A DNA stretch of 64,000 nt from a virus. Its lineage: Duplodnaviria; Caudoviricetes. The stretch is taken from IMG/VR virus record IMGVR_UViG_3300043406_000028, positions 1 to 64,000 of that record; one strand, 5' to 3'. Numbering within the stretch: the stretch's first letter is position 1; the number at the start of each line of letters is the position of its first letter. The notes beneath the pieces are model-generated. The model saw nothing but the letters and a program-made list of their open reading frames with translations. It was not told the DNA's origin and did no database searches. Of this stretch, positions 52,787-63,208 are shown in pieces. A program made the position numbers and the translations under genes.

Positions 52787-55700
52787 ATGGCCTGGGAGTC
52801 TCAGGAAACAGCAGAGCCACAGCCAGCCGCTCCGGTCCAGACCACAGGCTGGGAATCACAGTCGGCTGCGCCCAAAGCCCCAGAGCCACCCAAGCCAGAA
52901 GCCAGGGGCTGGGAATCCGACTTCACCCCAGGTCGGATGCCGGGGATTATCGAGGCGACCGGCCAGGGTGTTAAATCAGCTATTACGGGTCTGGGGCAGA
53001 CCGCAACCTCGTTTAGCTCTGTGGCCCCCGAGCCGGTCAAGGAAACAAGCCCGGCAGCCGCTCCGTTCGAATGGAAGGACTTGGTTGAGCCTGTAGGGCG
53101 CGGGCTGCCCAAGGTTGCCTATCGTATGGGTAGTGCATCGCCTACGCTGGCGGCTGGTGTCGTTGGCGGCGCAGCCGGGGCCGGTCTTGGTACTTTGGCC
53201 GCCGGTCCAGCGGGCTCGGTTGCTGGCGGTATTGGCGGCGGCGTTATCGGATCTGCGGCTGGCGCTGCATTGCAGACCCTTGGTCCAAGTTTCGCCGATG
53301 AGCTTAAGAAGAGCCCAAACGATCCCAACGGGGCTTGGGACAGGGCCATAAAGCAGGCTGAAATCTCCGGAGCTTTCTCCGGTGCCTCGTGGGCCGCTTT
53401 CCCCGTCAGATTCTTTCAAGGCCCGGTCAAGCAACTGGCTTTCCAGGCTTTCGGCGTTCAGCCAGCGATTGGGGTCGCCGAGCAAGCCACTAAGAATGTC
53501 GTTGCTGATAAACCAATCACCGAAAATCTCGGCCATGCTTATGTCGAAGGCGCTGTGGGTACAGCGGTCCCGGCTTTTGGCCACGCAGTAGTATCCGGCG
53601 GATTAAGAGCAAAGCCACCCGTGGCTGAGCCACCACCAACCCCAGCCCAGATCTTTCTCAAGAACGAGGCCCAGAATAAACGCACTCAGGCCGATGCCGT
53701 CGAAGCTATGGGCACCCTCCCAGGCGTGACGCCAGCCGATAAGTGGGCCTTTACCAAACAGGCTGACGAGATCAGACAACAAGCAAATCATGATGATTTC
53801 CAGGCAAGTCTGCCAACTGACCCGATTAAGAACCGGAAGGGCCTAGCCAAGACCTGGGTGGAGAACTTCCAGCCTGAACTCGTCAGCGATAAGGCCCTCA
53901 AGACCGAGCCGTTGTTCGCCAAGTTCAAGTCTGGCGTGGCCCAGATGAAGGATGCCGTCATCGCGAGGGCGGAAGAGAACTACTACCGCTGGAATAAGGT
54001 GCCGTTCGGTGACACCCGGCGCTTCCTTGAAGCCTATGAGACTGGACAAGCCATACCCCCTGACCTCATGACCAGACATCCATGGATGCAGGAGCGGGCG
54101 GATAAGTATCGTGAGTGGCTGAAGCAGGCTTACGAGGACGAGAATCGTTCGGGCTCGAAGGCTGCATTCTTCGAGGATTACTTCCCTCACATCTGGAAGG
54201 ATCCGGCGGCGGCCCGCAAGGTCTTCCAGAATGCGAATCTGCCGCAAGCTCTTGGGCCAAAGTGGTTCCAGAAGGCGCGCTATTACGACCTGATCGAACA
54301 TGGCATCCAGAATGGATTGGAGCTTAAGTCCAGGAACCCGGAGGACCTCGTGGCCATGCGCCTTGTCTCTGGCGCTGACATGCGGGCTAAACAGGACCTT
54401 CTTGGTGAACTCCACGCTAATGGAGTGGCCGTGCCGACCAAGGATGCGCCGCCTCATATCCTGAACCCTGGGCGGGGCGACCCTCATCCATGGAAGGAAG
54501 TCACCGCACCAAACAGCACCAAATGGATGATCGCTCCTGACGTTCAGCCATTGTGGGAGCATGCCGTTGTAGCCAAGGGTCTATGGGCCAACGAGGCATT
54601 GCCTGGAACGCTCTTCCACAAATGGATGACCCTGAAGAACGCATGGGTGCCGATCAAGCTTGGCCTCAGCCTGTTCCACCCGGTCCACGTTGCTCACATC
54701 AGCGTCAGCAACAATATCTCCCGCGCCCTTGGCGAAACCTTTGGCAAAGGCCAGCAAAGCCTGGGCCGTAGGTTTGCGGCGTTGCCTGAGGCGGTCGCGC
54801 AATCGGTGATGGACACCGCTTTGGCTCTGCCGATTGGGACTCCATACAAGGGCAAGGAGCTTCGCCGGGCTTGGATGACGACACAGGACAAGCAAACTCC
54901 GCAGCAAAAGGCCGATGTGAAGCTGATGAACGAGGCTGGCATTAGTGCCCAACTTCCAGAACAGATGCGGATTGCCGCCAAGCGCGACTTCCACAACGCC
55001 ATCAACGATGGGAAATACCTGAAGGCGATCTACCCAGGCGTTCGCCGTGGCATGGAAAAGGCCACGGGGTGGATCTTCGAGCAATGGATTCCGAATCTCA
55101 AGGTCGCCGCCGTCAAGCGTGAGGCCGAAACTTTGTTCAGACGGAACCCATCCCTGTTGAACGATCCAGCGCGGCGCATGACGGCGATGCGCGCTATCGG
55201 CAAACAGGTCGATAACCGCTTCGGCGAGATGTTCTACGGCAGCCTGTTCTGGAACAGGACCGTCAAGGACGCATCGATTGGTTCGTTCCTGTCACTCGGC
55301 TGGAATCTAGGCTTTGCCAGAGAGTTCATCGGCGGTGCGCTGGAGCCAGCGGCCCGGCGGATGATTGATGCCCCAACGCCAACCCGGCAACTGATCCGCG
55401 ACACCACCAACAAGGGCACCAACGCCTTCATCTATGCCTTCACGGCAATGTCCATCAACGCCATCATCAACAAGTCCATGACGGGGGAGAATCCGGATGG
55501 CATGGACTATATTTTCCCGCGTATTGGCGGCCTTAACCCTGATGGCTCTCCGCGCCGCATTTCAAATCCATTTTATACGCGCGAAGTACCGATGGCTACA
55601 AAGAACATCGAGGAACGGCAGTCCGTAGTTGGCGGCCTATCCCAGATGCTCTATCACAAGCTGATGTTCGCTCCGTTTGTCGAGATGGGAACCAACCGTG

Positions 55701-56317
55701 ATTACTTTGGTCGCCAGATTTACGACGAGAACGCGCCTGGATTCAAACAGGTCTATCAGTTCGGCAAGCATCTCCTGGGAGAGCAACTGAACCCAATGTC
55801 TATATCGGGCGCGAAGAAGGCTTTGGAGCTTTCCGGCAAGCCGCACACCACTCTCGATGTGTTCAAGCAGATTACAGACCCGGACGTTTACGCACCGATT
55901 ATGGGATTTGGTCCTGCTCCGGCCTATGCGTCGAAGTCCGAAATACAGAACCGCATCTCGTTCCTGTATAACAAATACGTCGCGCCAAGCTCCAAGCCAT
56001 ACACCGAATCCGAGAATGCCAAGGAACGTATGGAGGCGCGCACCGCGTATCTCATGGCCCAGCAGAAGGGCGATAGAGAGAAGATCCAGGCTGCGGCCAA
56101 GAAGATGGCTGAGTTGGGCGTCAAGGGTCAGAACATCGTCAAGATGCGTCCAGGTGGGAACATGGAGTATATGTTCCAGAGACTGCCTGAGTCCCAGCAG
56201 ATCGACCTGATGAAGAAGATGACCCAAACCGAGTTCAAGGAGTTCTATCCGAAGGCCAGCCGCAAATCGCGCGGCGACCCTGAAATCAGGCTATTGTCGC
56301 AATTCTACTATAGGTGA
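52787..56317 (+). CDS. Large DNA ejection/internal virion protein
   Basis: 1176 aa, last gene before lysis cassette; hydrophobic Gly/Ala segment near N-term. Confidence 0.65.
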   Translation: MAWESQETAEPQPAAPVQTTGWESQSAAPKAPEPPKPEARGWESDFTPGRMPGIIEATGQGVKSAITGLGQTATSFSSVAPEPVKETSPAAAPFEWKDLVEPVGRGLPKVAYRMGSASPTLAAGVVGGAAGAGLGTLAAGPAGSVAGGIGGGVIGSAAGAALQTLGPSFADELKKSPNDPNGAWDRAIKQAEISGAFSGASWAAFPVRFFQGPVKQLAFQAFGVQPAIGVAEQATKNVVADKPITENLGHAYVEGAVGTAVPAFGHAVVSGGLRAKPPVAEPPPTPAQIFLKNEAQNKRTQADAVEAMGTLPGVTPADKWAFTKQADEIRQQANHDDFQASLPTDPIKNRKGLAKTWVENFQPELVSDKALKTEPLFAKFKSGVAQMKDAVIARAEENYYRWNKVPFGDTRRFLEAYETGQAIPPDLMTRHPWMQERADKYREWLKQAYEDENRSGSKAAFFEDYFPHIWKDPAAARKVFQNANLPQALGPKWFQKARYYDLIEHGIQNGLELKSRNPEDLVAMRLVSGADMRAKQDLLGELHANGVAVPTKDAPPHILNPGRGDPHPWKEVTAPNSTKWMIAPDVQPLWEHAVVAKGLWANEALPGTLFHKWMTLKNAWVPIKLGLSLFHPVHVAHISVSNNISRALGETFGKGQQSLGRRFAALPEAVAQSVMDTALALPIGTPYKGKELRRAWMTTQDKQTPQQKADVKLMNEAGISAQLPEQMRIAAKRDFHNAINDGKYLKAIYPGVRRGMEKATGWIFEQWIPNLKVAAVKREAETLFRRNPSLLNDPARRMTAMRAIGKQVDNRFGEMFYGSLFWNRTVKDASIGSFLSLGWNLGFAREFIGGALEPAARRMIDAPTPTRQLIRDTTNKGTNAFIYAFTAMSINAIINKSMTGENPDGMDYIFPRIGGLNPDGSPRRISNPFYTREVPMATKNIEERQSVVGGLSQMLYHKLMFAPFVEMGTNRDYFGRQIYDENAPGFKQVYQFGKHLLGEQLNPMSISGAKKALELSGKPHTTLDVFKQITDPDVYAPIMGFGPAPAYASKSEIQNRISFLYNKYVAPSSKPYTESENAKERMEARTAYLMAQQKGDREKIQAAAKKMAELGVKGQNIVKMRPGGNMEYMFQRLPESQQIDLMKKMTQTEFKEFYPKASRKSRGDPEIRLLSQFYYR

Positions 56318-56320
56318 TCA

Positions 56321-56905
56321 ATGAGCGCGGGCATCGATGTTCTTTTCCGACAGAGGGTCCTGGCTTGTTCTGGCCTGAATCCAGGCCCCCTGGATGGCCG
56401 GTGGGGTCCTAAGACAGACGCGGCAGACAAAGCCTTCCATGCCGAATATCTGCGGCTACAGACGGTCGGCGGGACCTTTGATCCCCGCACCGAGAAAGCC
56501 ATTGAGACCCTGCTATTGCAGGCCCAGGCCAAGGCCAGAGACTTTATGCGGGTGGCTGGTCCAACCTGTAAGCTTCTATCCGGAACCCGCACCTACGCCG
56601 AGCAGGATGCCTTATTCAACCAAAGGCCGGTGGTTACCAAGGCTCGTGGAGGCCAATCCAACCACAACTTCGGTATTGCCTGGGATGTCGGGATTTTCCT
56701 CAATGGCCATTACCTGACTGGGGCCACTCATTCGGAAGAGGCCGCTTACGATGCCTTGGCCCAGAAGATAAAGGCCAACATTCAAGGACTTGAATGGGGC
56801 GGGGATTGGCGGTCAATCGTCGATAAACCGCATTATCAGCTAGTGACCGGGAAGACGACTTCCCAGGTGCGCGTTGCCTTTGAATCTGGTAAGCCTTTTG
56901 TCTGA
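56321..56905 (+). CDS. Endolysin, M15 (L-Ala-D-Glu) peptidase with N-terminal PG-binding segment
   Basis: DGRWGPKT; RTYAEQDALF, GGQSNHNFGIAWD, WGGDW..DKPHYQ. Confidence 0.88.
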   Translation: MSAGIDVLFRQRVLACSGLNPGPLDGRWGPKTDAADKAFHAEYLRLQTVGGTFDPRTEKAIETLLLQAQAKARDFMRVAGPTCKLLSGTRTYAEQDALFNQRPVVTKARGGQSNHNFGIAWDVGIFLNGHYLTGATHSEEAAYDALAQKIKANIQGLEWGGDWRSIVDKPHYQLVTGKTTSQVRVAFESGKPFV

Positions 56906-56922
56906 ACCGTTTAGGAGGGGAA

Positions 56923-57246
56923 ATGCCCACATTCAATATCCAGATGCTGACCAACATCCTGGCGTCAGCATTGACCGCAACGGTCGCCTCCTGGCTCTCC
57001 TACCTTGCCGCATGGTCTCACTTCTCCAGTGAGAGCAACACGGCCCTGGCTACCGTTATTGCCGCAGGAATGGCCATCATGGTAGGGCAAATCCTCACAA
57101 TCGTCATCAACCGGTGGAGCGTTATTGCCAACAATATGGCACAAGATGGCACCAAGGTTGTGACCACGACCCAGGCCCAGGCCGACTTAGTTCCAAACAA
57201 TCCCAACGTGATGGGTCCTCAAGACGCAAAGGTGATCAAGCAATGA
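56923..57246 (+). CDS. Holin-like membrane protein
   Basis: Two hydrophobic helices; follows endolysin. Confidence 0.5.
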   Translation: MPTFNIQMLTNILASALTATVASWLSYLAAWSHFSSESNTALATVIAAGMAIMVGQILTIVINRWSVIANNMAQDGTKVVTTTQAQADLVPNNPNVMGPQDAKVIKQ

Positions 57247-57653
57247 AGAAGATTCTAGCGGTTCTCGCTGTCTCGTTTGCTCTTTCCGGCTGCGCCCAGC
57301 TTGGGCAGATTGTTTCAACAGCAACCACTACGATTACGAATCCGGTCAATGCGGTCGATATCTACCGGGTCAAGAACGTCTATGCAGCAACCCTCCAAGC
57401 TGCCGAGGATTGGCGGATATTCTGCTGGGCCAAGCCTTATGCAGCTATCATGGCTGATCCAATAGCCAAACCCATCTGTCAGCATCGCCGACCTTGGCTC
57501 CGCGCCATCCAGGCTGCCCAGGTCAAGGCAAGCTCGGCGGTCACGAGCGCCACGGCCTTCGTCCGAAACTACCCGACCCTGGATGCCTCTACCGCGATTG
57601 CAGCCGCATGGGCCGCAGTTAATGATTTCAAGAACGCCGTACCGGCCAAGTAA
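57243..57653 (+). CDS. Lipoprotein (spanin-like?)
   Basis: MKKILAVLAVSFALSGC lipobox. Confidence 0.65.
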   Translation: MKKILAVLAVSFALSGCAQLGQIVSTATTTITNPVNAVDIYRVKNVYAATLQAAEDWRIFCWAKPYAAIMADPIAKPICQHRRPWLRAIQAAQVKASSAVTSATAFVRNYPTLDASTAIAAAWAAVNDFKNAVPAK

Positions 57654-57664
57654 GGAAACAGACA

Positions 57665-57973
57665 ATGGCAACCATCTCAGACATTCTCGAAGCCATCGAC
57701 AAGGCCATGGGCGTGGTCAAGACCATCGCTGATACGCCTGGGGTTAACCTGATTCCATACGTCAGCACCCTGTCCGGTGTGATCGGAACAGTCCACGCGG
57801 CCTATACAGCGGGTAAAAACATCGAGCCCTATATCCAGGCCATCAGCGATACATTCACGAAGCCAGGAATGCCTACCGAGGCTGATATGGCTGCCCTGGA
57901 TGCCAAGATCGCTGATCTTGAAGCCCAGATTCAAGCTCCGCTTCCGCCCAAGGAAGACGGCGAAGAAGACTAA
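57665..57973 (+). CDS. Hypothetical protein
   Basis: 102 aa, AAGGA SD. Confidence 0.6.
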   Translation: MATISDILEAIDKAMGVVKTIADTPGVNLIPYVSTLSGVIGTVHAAYTAGKNIEPYIQAISDTFTKPGMPTEADMAALDAKIADLEAQIQAPLPPKEDGEED

Positions 57974-58003
57974 GGGCTTCAATGGGTCACGGTAGCGCCG
58001 GAA

Positions 58004-58213
58004 ATGCAAAAATCCAAGGATGATGGAGAAGCAGACCCGTGGACCCAGTACGAATTGAACCTCCTGCACGAAATGGTGCGGGAGTACGACAGGGCCAAGT
58101 GGTTCAAGGGTCAGCTATGGTGGTGGGGCGGCTGGGTTCTCGGACTCCCAGCACTTGCCCTTACAATCTGGGAACCACTTGTCCGCTTATGGAAATCGTT
58201 GAAGGGCGGCTGA
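58004..58213 (+). CDS. Small membrane protein
   Basis: C-terminal hydrophobic helix. Confidence 0.45.
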   Translation: MQKSKDDGEADPWTQYELNLLHEMVREYDRAKWFKGQLWWWGGWVLGLPALALTIWEPLVRLWKSLKGG

Positions 58214-58287
58214 TGTATCGCAATGAGATCCTCAAATGGTCCAGGATATCCGCAGTTGTCCTCGGAATCGCGGTATCGATCAGCAGC

Positions 58288-58557
58288 CTAGTTATCGTTT
58301 ACCATTAGGCGGATGATCCCACCCCTACTGTTGATCCGCTTCGGCTTGATGACCTTGTTGATGTAGTGGATGGTCGTTCTGAGGATCGTCTCCGATCCAC
58401 AGGCCGCAAAGAACTTCTCGATCATTTCCTCTTTCTTGACCCCCTTCGGCCCAGCCTTAGCGATATAGTCGTAGACCGCCCGCCGCTTGAACGACATAGG
58501 CAGATGCTCTGGCTCTGGATGGGCCATCTGGGTTCCGCAGTACGGGCATCTGAACAT
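58288..58557 (-). CDS. Zn-ribbon + HTH-like protein
   Basis: CPYCG then winged-helix-like AVYDYI...GV...E. Confidence 0.55.
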   Translation of the reverse strand: MFRCPYCGTQMAHPEPEHLPMSFKRRAVYDYIAKAGPKGVKKEEMIEKFFAACGSETILRTTIHYINKVIKPKRINSRGGIIRLMVNDN

Positions 58558-58874
58558 TAGAGTCTAAGCTCGGCTCGGGCGTTGGCTTCGCGCCCCTGAT
58601 TCTCATGGAATCGCATCTTCTCGACTTCCATCTTGACCTTGGCAAGATTGGCTACCCTCCGGGCCTCGACGATTTTCTCCACATGCTCCATCCATCCCGG
58701 AGATGCCTTAATGGTCTGCTCCGCCCTATTAACAGGGATGTCTCCGAGTTGAGCTTGCCGCTGAGCCATTACGAGGCTCTTAGTTTCCTCCAGAATCTGG
58801 GCAGCGTTCTCTCGGTCTACCCATTCTTCTGCTGCAAGTCTGAAGTTTTCTGAGAAGTGGAATTCGTTGCTCAT
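58557..58874 (-). CDS. Conserved phage coiled-coil protein
   Basis: SENFRLAAEEWVD..NAA..LEETKS. Confidence 0.6.
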   Translation of the reverse strand: MSNEFHFSENFRLAAEEWVDRENAAQILEETKSLVMAQRQAQLGDIPVNRAEQTIKASPGWMEHVEKIVEARRVANLAKVKMEVEKMRFHENQGREANARAELRL

Positions 58875-59270
58875 TTATCCCAACCAGATAGCTAGAGCGC
58901 ATGATCCGAATAGAAGCGGGGCCACGATAACAGATGGCCAGTAGAGCCCGATGAACTCTTTCATCAGAAGCCATTTCCGGAAACGGTGTAGCCAAAGATA
59001 CAGATGGCTAGTACGGCCCCAGCAATCCATACAGCACACCAGCCGGTGGCTTTAACCAGAGTTACGGCTCTATCACTAACCGTAACGTCACTTACTCCGA
59101 GCTTCATCTTCATCGTTTTTTACCTTTGCTAGGTTAATGATTGATGCTTGAGATTTATCAAGCATCATGGCGGCGACATACGAAGTATCCGCCGAACCCC
59201 TGAACCGTTCTGGGTGAGGCCGGAATGAGTCCCAAAGCTTATCAAGGATTCGGCGGATCATTGTTTGTCC

Positions 59271-60584
59271 TTAGTTGGATGTTGGACGGGCGCGTGGCAA
59301 CGGGATGCTAGAGCCGCCCGGCTGCATGGTGATGTCCAAGGCCAAATCCTTGGCGGTCTTTGCCGTCAGGAGGTTGATCAGATCACCCGCATTGGTGTTC
59401 TGAGAGCCACCACCGCCCATGACCACGGAAGGCACAAACGCCGTCCCGCGCAATGCCTCGAAGATCTTAGGCATGACGTTGGTATAGGCAGCAAGCTTGG
59501 CTTCCAGAGCGCCGTCAGCCTCGATGACGAGCTTCTTACGTGCCGATTCGCCCTCACCCAGCAGGATTTGCTGGAGCTTGGTCTGCTCGGCAGCCTTACG
59601 GTCCAGATCAGCAACGGCAAGGCGTTGTGCGCCCTGGGTCTCAGCCACCTCCTTGTCACGGGAGGCGTTGGTCACCTGGACCTGCTTCTCGCGGTCGGCT
59701 TGAATGAGCGCAACCTGACGCTCTTGGTCGGCTCTCGTGGTCTCGGTGGCCTTGATGGTCTCCTGCTTCCACTTGGCCTCCGTGGCGTTGGCTCGACCGT
59801 TGGCCTCCGCCGTCAGAGCGCGCTGCTCTGCCAACACCTTGTCGGCGACGGACGTTTGCACGTTCATCGTGATGGCCTGCTGTTGCTTGATCTGCTGCTC
59901 AATCGCAGGGTCATAAGCAATCCGGTTTACGATGAACTGATAGCAACGTAGACCGAAGGCGCTGATGGTGGACTTTTCCTGACGCTCAGGATTCCCATCC
60001 TTGCCGATGACGATTTCAGCCGCGATGACTTCCTTACTTTCGTTGGTCACCGGGTCCTTGATCCACTCTCGCTTCTGACGAGTGCGGTAGGGTCCGTTCT
60101 GGACTTGATCCGTAACGTAGTGGATCAGGTCATTCTTCTTCTCGGCGTAGGATTCCCGAGACGACATGAGGGTGCCGACAAGATAGATCGCACCTTCGGT
60201 CGAGGTCTTGACCAGACCAGACTCGACAAGCTCCTGAGTCGGGAATTTCCGATGCATGGAGGTCAGGGTATCGATATCGCCTGGAAGCTCGCATTGAATC
60301 GATCCGAAGATCGTCCCATGTCCGCCGTCATTGAACTGGACGTTGTAACCCTTCTCACGGAAGTCATACATCATCCGAATGTCGTAGGCCGTGACATTGC
60401 CGAAGCCCTGCCAAGCAACGCCGGGCTTGATCTGCCAGTTCAGGTCACCGGCAACCGGGCTTTGAATGACAACGTACTTGTTGGCTGGGACGTTTTCCCA
60501 GATCATTCCTGCGGCTAGGAGAGTGCAGACCGCGCTGGCAGCAACAAAGATTCCGATGCCAGCTTTAATTGGAGAGATACTCAT
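59271..60584 (-). CDS. SPFH/Band-7 family membrane protein
   Basis: N-terminal TM, FNDGG.G.I.G.IQ, long AE-rich coiled coil, VPSVVMGG flotillin-like tail. Confidence 0.8.
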   Translation of the reverse strand: MSISPIKAGIGIFVAASAVCTLLAAGMIWENVPANKYVVIQSPVAGDLNWQIKPGVAWQGFGNVTAYDIRMMYDFREKGYNVQFNDGGHGTIFGSIQCELPGDIDTLTSMHRKFPTQELVESGLVKTSTEGAIYLVGTLMSSRESYAEKKNDLIHYVTDQVQNGPYRTRQKREWIKDPVTNESKEVIAAEIVIGKDGNPERQEKSTISAFGLRCYQFIVNRIAYDPAIEQQIKQQQAITMNVQTSVADKVLAEQRALTAEANGRANATEAKWKQETIKATETTRADQERQVALIQADREKQVQVTNASRDKEVAETQGAQRLAVADLDRKAAEQTKLQQILLGEGESARKKLVIEADGALEAKLAAYTNVMPKIFEALRGTAFVPSVVMGGGGSQNTNAGDLINLLTAKTAKDLALDITMQPGGSSIPLPRARPTSN

Positions 60585-60588
60585 CGTT

Positions 60589-60846
60589 TCAATTTCTCCG
60601 TTTGGGTTTGTTGGTGGCCTGTGCCGGTTTTTCTTCAACTGGTCTGATTGTCGCGGCTTCCGCGAGCGTTTCGCTGATATGACGCTCTTCGTAAGCTTCC
60701 GAGAGGGCTTTTTCCGCGTCACGGGGAGCCCTACGGAATAGGGGAAACCATGGCATCCGATAGATCATCGGTACAATGATCTGGAATACGAGCATCCAGA
60801 GCATCATAAACCATAGAACAATCTCAAGCAGTAACGTCCACTTCAT
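60589..60846 (-). CDS. Small membrane protein
   Basis: N-terminal hydrophobic helix. Confidence 0.5.
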   Translation of the reverse strand: MKWTLLLEIVLWFMMLWMLVFQIIVPMIYRMPWFPLFRRAPRDAEKALSEAYEERHISETLAEAATIRPVEEKPAQATNKPKRRN

Positions 60847-60857
60847 TAAGTCCTCCG

Positions 60858-61346
60858 CTAGAAGGGAATCGAGTCATCCATATCGTTTCTTGATTGGCTC
60901 TTACCGAGCGTAGCTCTCCATGCTGATCTCGCCTTATCGACCATAGTGATCAATTCCGTCAGAGTAATCTCGAACGGATTGATGTTGGTGTTGGACATGG
61001 AATTGTTGACGATTCCGCAGACGAAGATCATCTCGTCCTTGGCATTCGGAGGAATGATTGCGTTCTGTACTGCCTGCCTTGGAGCAGCGGCGGGACGCTC
61101 TGGTGGATTTGGGGTATATTGCTGGCCACCAACATTAGACGGATTCGCAGTCTTGATGGTGTTGAAGCGATGGCCGTTGAACTCACCTTCTTCATAGGTG
61201 ATATCGTAGGTAACCCCCTCACGGTAGGTGGCGAGTTTGTCACCCCATACGTTCCAGAGGCCACCCGCCGTGTCCTGAATCTTGCCTTGTTTCTTACCAA
61301 TTGCAGGAGACTGCTTGGCGGCAACAGTGATAATTGCGGTTGGCAT
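60858..61346 (-). CDS. Putative ssDNA-binding protein
   Basis: OB-like N-term and acidic DDSIPF C-terminal tail. Confidence 0.55.
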   Translation of the reverse strand: MPTAIITVAAKQSPAIGKKQGKIQDTAGGLWNVWGDKLATYREGVTYDITYEEGEFNGHRFNTIKTANPSNVGGQQYTPNPPERPAAAPRQAVQNAIIPPNAKDEMIFVCGIVNNSMSNTNINPFEITLTELITMVDKARSAWRATLGKSQSRNDMDDSIPF

Positions 61347-61347
61347 C

Positions 61348-61677
61348 TTAATCTTTCCTTGGATCGGTGGTGGCTGGGGGCTGCTTGTTCAACTCGAAAT
61401 ATTTACACGATGGAGTTTCAAACGGAACCTTAGCGCCATTCGATTTCATCATCGATAGATATTTGTTGCATATCCCCAACTTCAAGGTGCCGCCGGTAAT
61501 TCCTCCGCGCTTGGATTTGTAACCGGAGAATTGATAGTGGACACACTCACGGCATGTGGTTCCAGCGGGGCCAGTTCCAGCCCAATGCGCCATCCCAGGC
61601 GGCGTCTTGGCCACCATCGCATCATGGCCCGGATTTACGGAAGTCAAATGTGGTTTTAAGTGATCTGGAGTTTTCAT
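61348..61677 (-). CDS. Cys-containing hypothetical protein
   Basis: GMAHWAGTGP..TTCREC...C...CKYF. Confidence 0.6.
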   Translation of the reverse strand: MKTPDHLKPHLTSVNPGHDAMVAKTPPGMAHWAGTGPAGTTCRECVHYQFSGYKSKRGGITGGTLKLGICNKYLSMMKSNGAKVPFETPSCKYFELNKQPPATTDPRKD

Positions 61678-62405
61678 ATCTCTTCCGTGAAAGTGGATTC
61701 CACGCCGTTAGGGAGCTTGCCATGCAGTTTACGGTAGGCTCTAGCACCTTTGATGATTGCCTCATCGATATCCTTGGTATGGCCAAGGTCCTCGATGGCT
61801 GTCACAACGTCCGTAACGGTTAGCGTTTCTTTCTTCTTGAGCCCAATCGCCCGCGAGAACCCGCCGCCGATCCTGACACGAGTTTCTCTCTCCGCGAGTA
61901 ACGCCGCTCTCTGTGCTTTTTCAAAGTCTCGGAAGGCATTGTCGGCCTCAACCACATGAGCCGCGATGTCAACTCCAAGCTCTCCACTGCTATTTGATCC
62001 AAGAGCTTCTTGTTCAAGCCGCTCGGCCTCTCTAGCTTTTCGTTCAGCGTCTTCAGCGATTCGAGCAGCTTCTCTAGCTGCTTCTTCTCTCTTTCGCTTT
62101 TCCTCTTTAAGGAATTCAGATACTCTTTCCCCCAGAGCATCGAGAGTTCTCGTGAGCGTCTCCTTTGCAGGGCGGTAGTAGTCATTGATTTCTTTGACCC
62201 TTTCATTAAGCGGTCTAACCTTGGAGTCGCGCTCGTCGTCAAGATCCTTGAGGGCCAACTTACCTCTATCGACATAGACCTTTGCCTCCTTGGCGGTATC
62301 TTCGGTTATGACGACATTCTCGGAGAGCCATGCGGAAATGTCCCGCATGGTCTCTCCGGCAGTATCCACCATTGACGGCGGCGCGTTATGGCCGATTCCA
62401 GCCAT
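61674..62405 (-). CDS. Gam/Gp157-like coiled-coil recombination-associated protein
   Basis: GIGHN.PP start, LDDER..KVRPL...V.EIN..Y pattern. Confidence 0.55.
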   Translation of the reverse strand: MAGIGHNAPPSMVDTAGETMRDISAWLSENVVITEDTAKEAKVYVDRGKLALKDLDDERDSKVRPLNERVKEINDYYRPAKETLTRTLDALGERVSEFLKEEKRKREEAAREAARIAEDAERKAREAERLEQEALGSNSSGELGVDIAAHVVEADNAFRDFEKAQRAALLAERETRVRIGGGFSRAIGLKKKETLTVTDVVTAIEDLGHTKDIDEAIIKGARAYRKLHGKLPNGVESTFTEEI

Positions 62406-63208
62406 TATTTCTTGATTCCGACGCGGAGCTTGTTCTTGTCGCCACGAACCTGAGAGTTATAGCGGGCCACCAAGATGTCACGGATGATCGTGGGTCCCAC
62501 ACCACCAGCCATTTCCTTTGCGGTCTTGGCAGCGCCCAGCAACCGGGCCGGGGTGTACTTGCTGGAGATAGCGGTAGCGAGGCGCTCAAAGTCGAGGTGA
62601 CGGAACTCCGACAGCAGCATACCGATTCCTCTGACGATCAGGGCTCCACAGGCGGAGTTTTCCTCACCCCACATCTTGCGGATCAACCGCAGCGTGGCCT
62701 CAAGGACAATCGGACCATAGCTCTGGTAAACTACTTCCAACGCTCCAACGCACTGGATGGAATTTGCATTCCGGTGGCCAACAAAGTAACCGCACTTGAT
62801 GACGATCTTGTTGACCTCGACCTGAAGCTCCTTGCCAGCAGTCACACGAACCTTGAACAGTTCGATGGGCTGTAACGCCCGGCGTCCGGAGTTGACGCTA
62901 TCGAAGATTTGGGCCGCGCGGGAAGGATCAACCGCATCGAAGACCTGACACGGGACCTTTTCATCGTGACCCCATTTCTCGGTCACGGCCACAACACGGT
63001 GCTGGCCATCGATAACGTGATAGATGCCTTTGCCGTTCGGCTTGGTCACCGAGATGGTGCCAAACATATCCGGGTCAAAGTTGTCAGCAAGGCGCTGAGC
63101 ATGCAGCTTGTTCAGAGGACGTTGAGCCTCGGTCCAGACGATGGAGAGGTTCTTGACGGGAATCCATTCCGTCTCGTGGAATCCGCGATCTTGATCGTGC
63201 TTAGTCAT
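62405..63208 (-). CDS. ParB/Srx-like DGQHR-domain protein
   Basis: AQRPL, FDPDMFGTISV, YHVIDGQHR, AAQIF..VN. Confidence 0.75.
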   Translation of the reverse strand: MTKHDQDRGFHETEWIPVKNLSIVWTEAQRPLNKLHAQRLADNFDPDMFGTISVTKPNGKGIYHVIDGQHRVVAVTEKWGHDEKVPCQVFDAVDPSRAAQIFDSVNSGRRALQPIELFKVRVTAGKELQVEVNKIVIKCGYFVGHRNANSIQCVGALEVVYQSYGPIVLEATLRLIRKMWGEENSACGALIVRGIGMLLSEFRHLDFERLATAISSKYTPARLLGAAKTAKEMAGGVGPTIIRDILVARYNSQVRGDKNKLRVGIKK

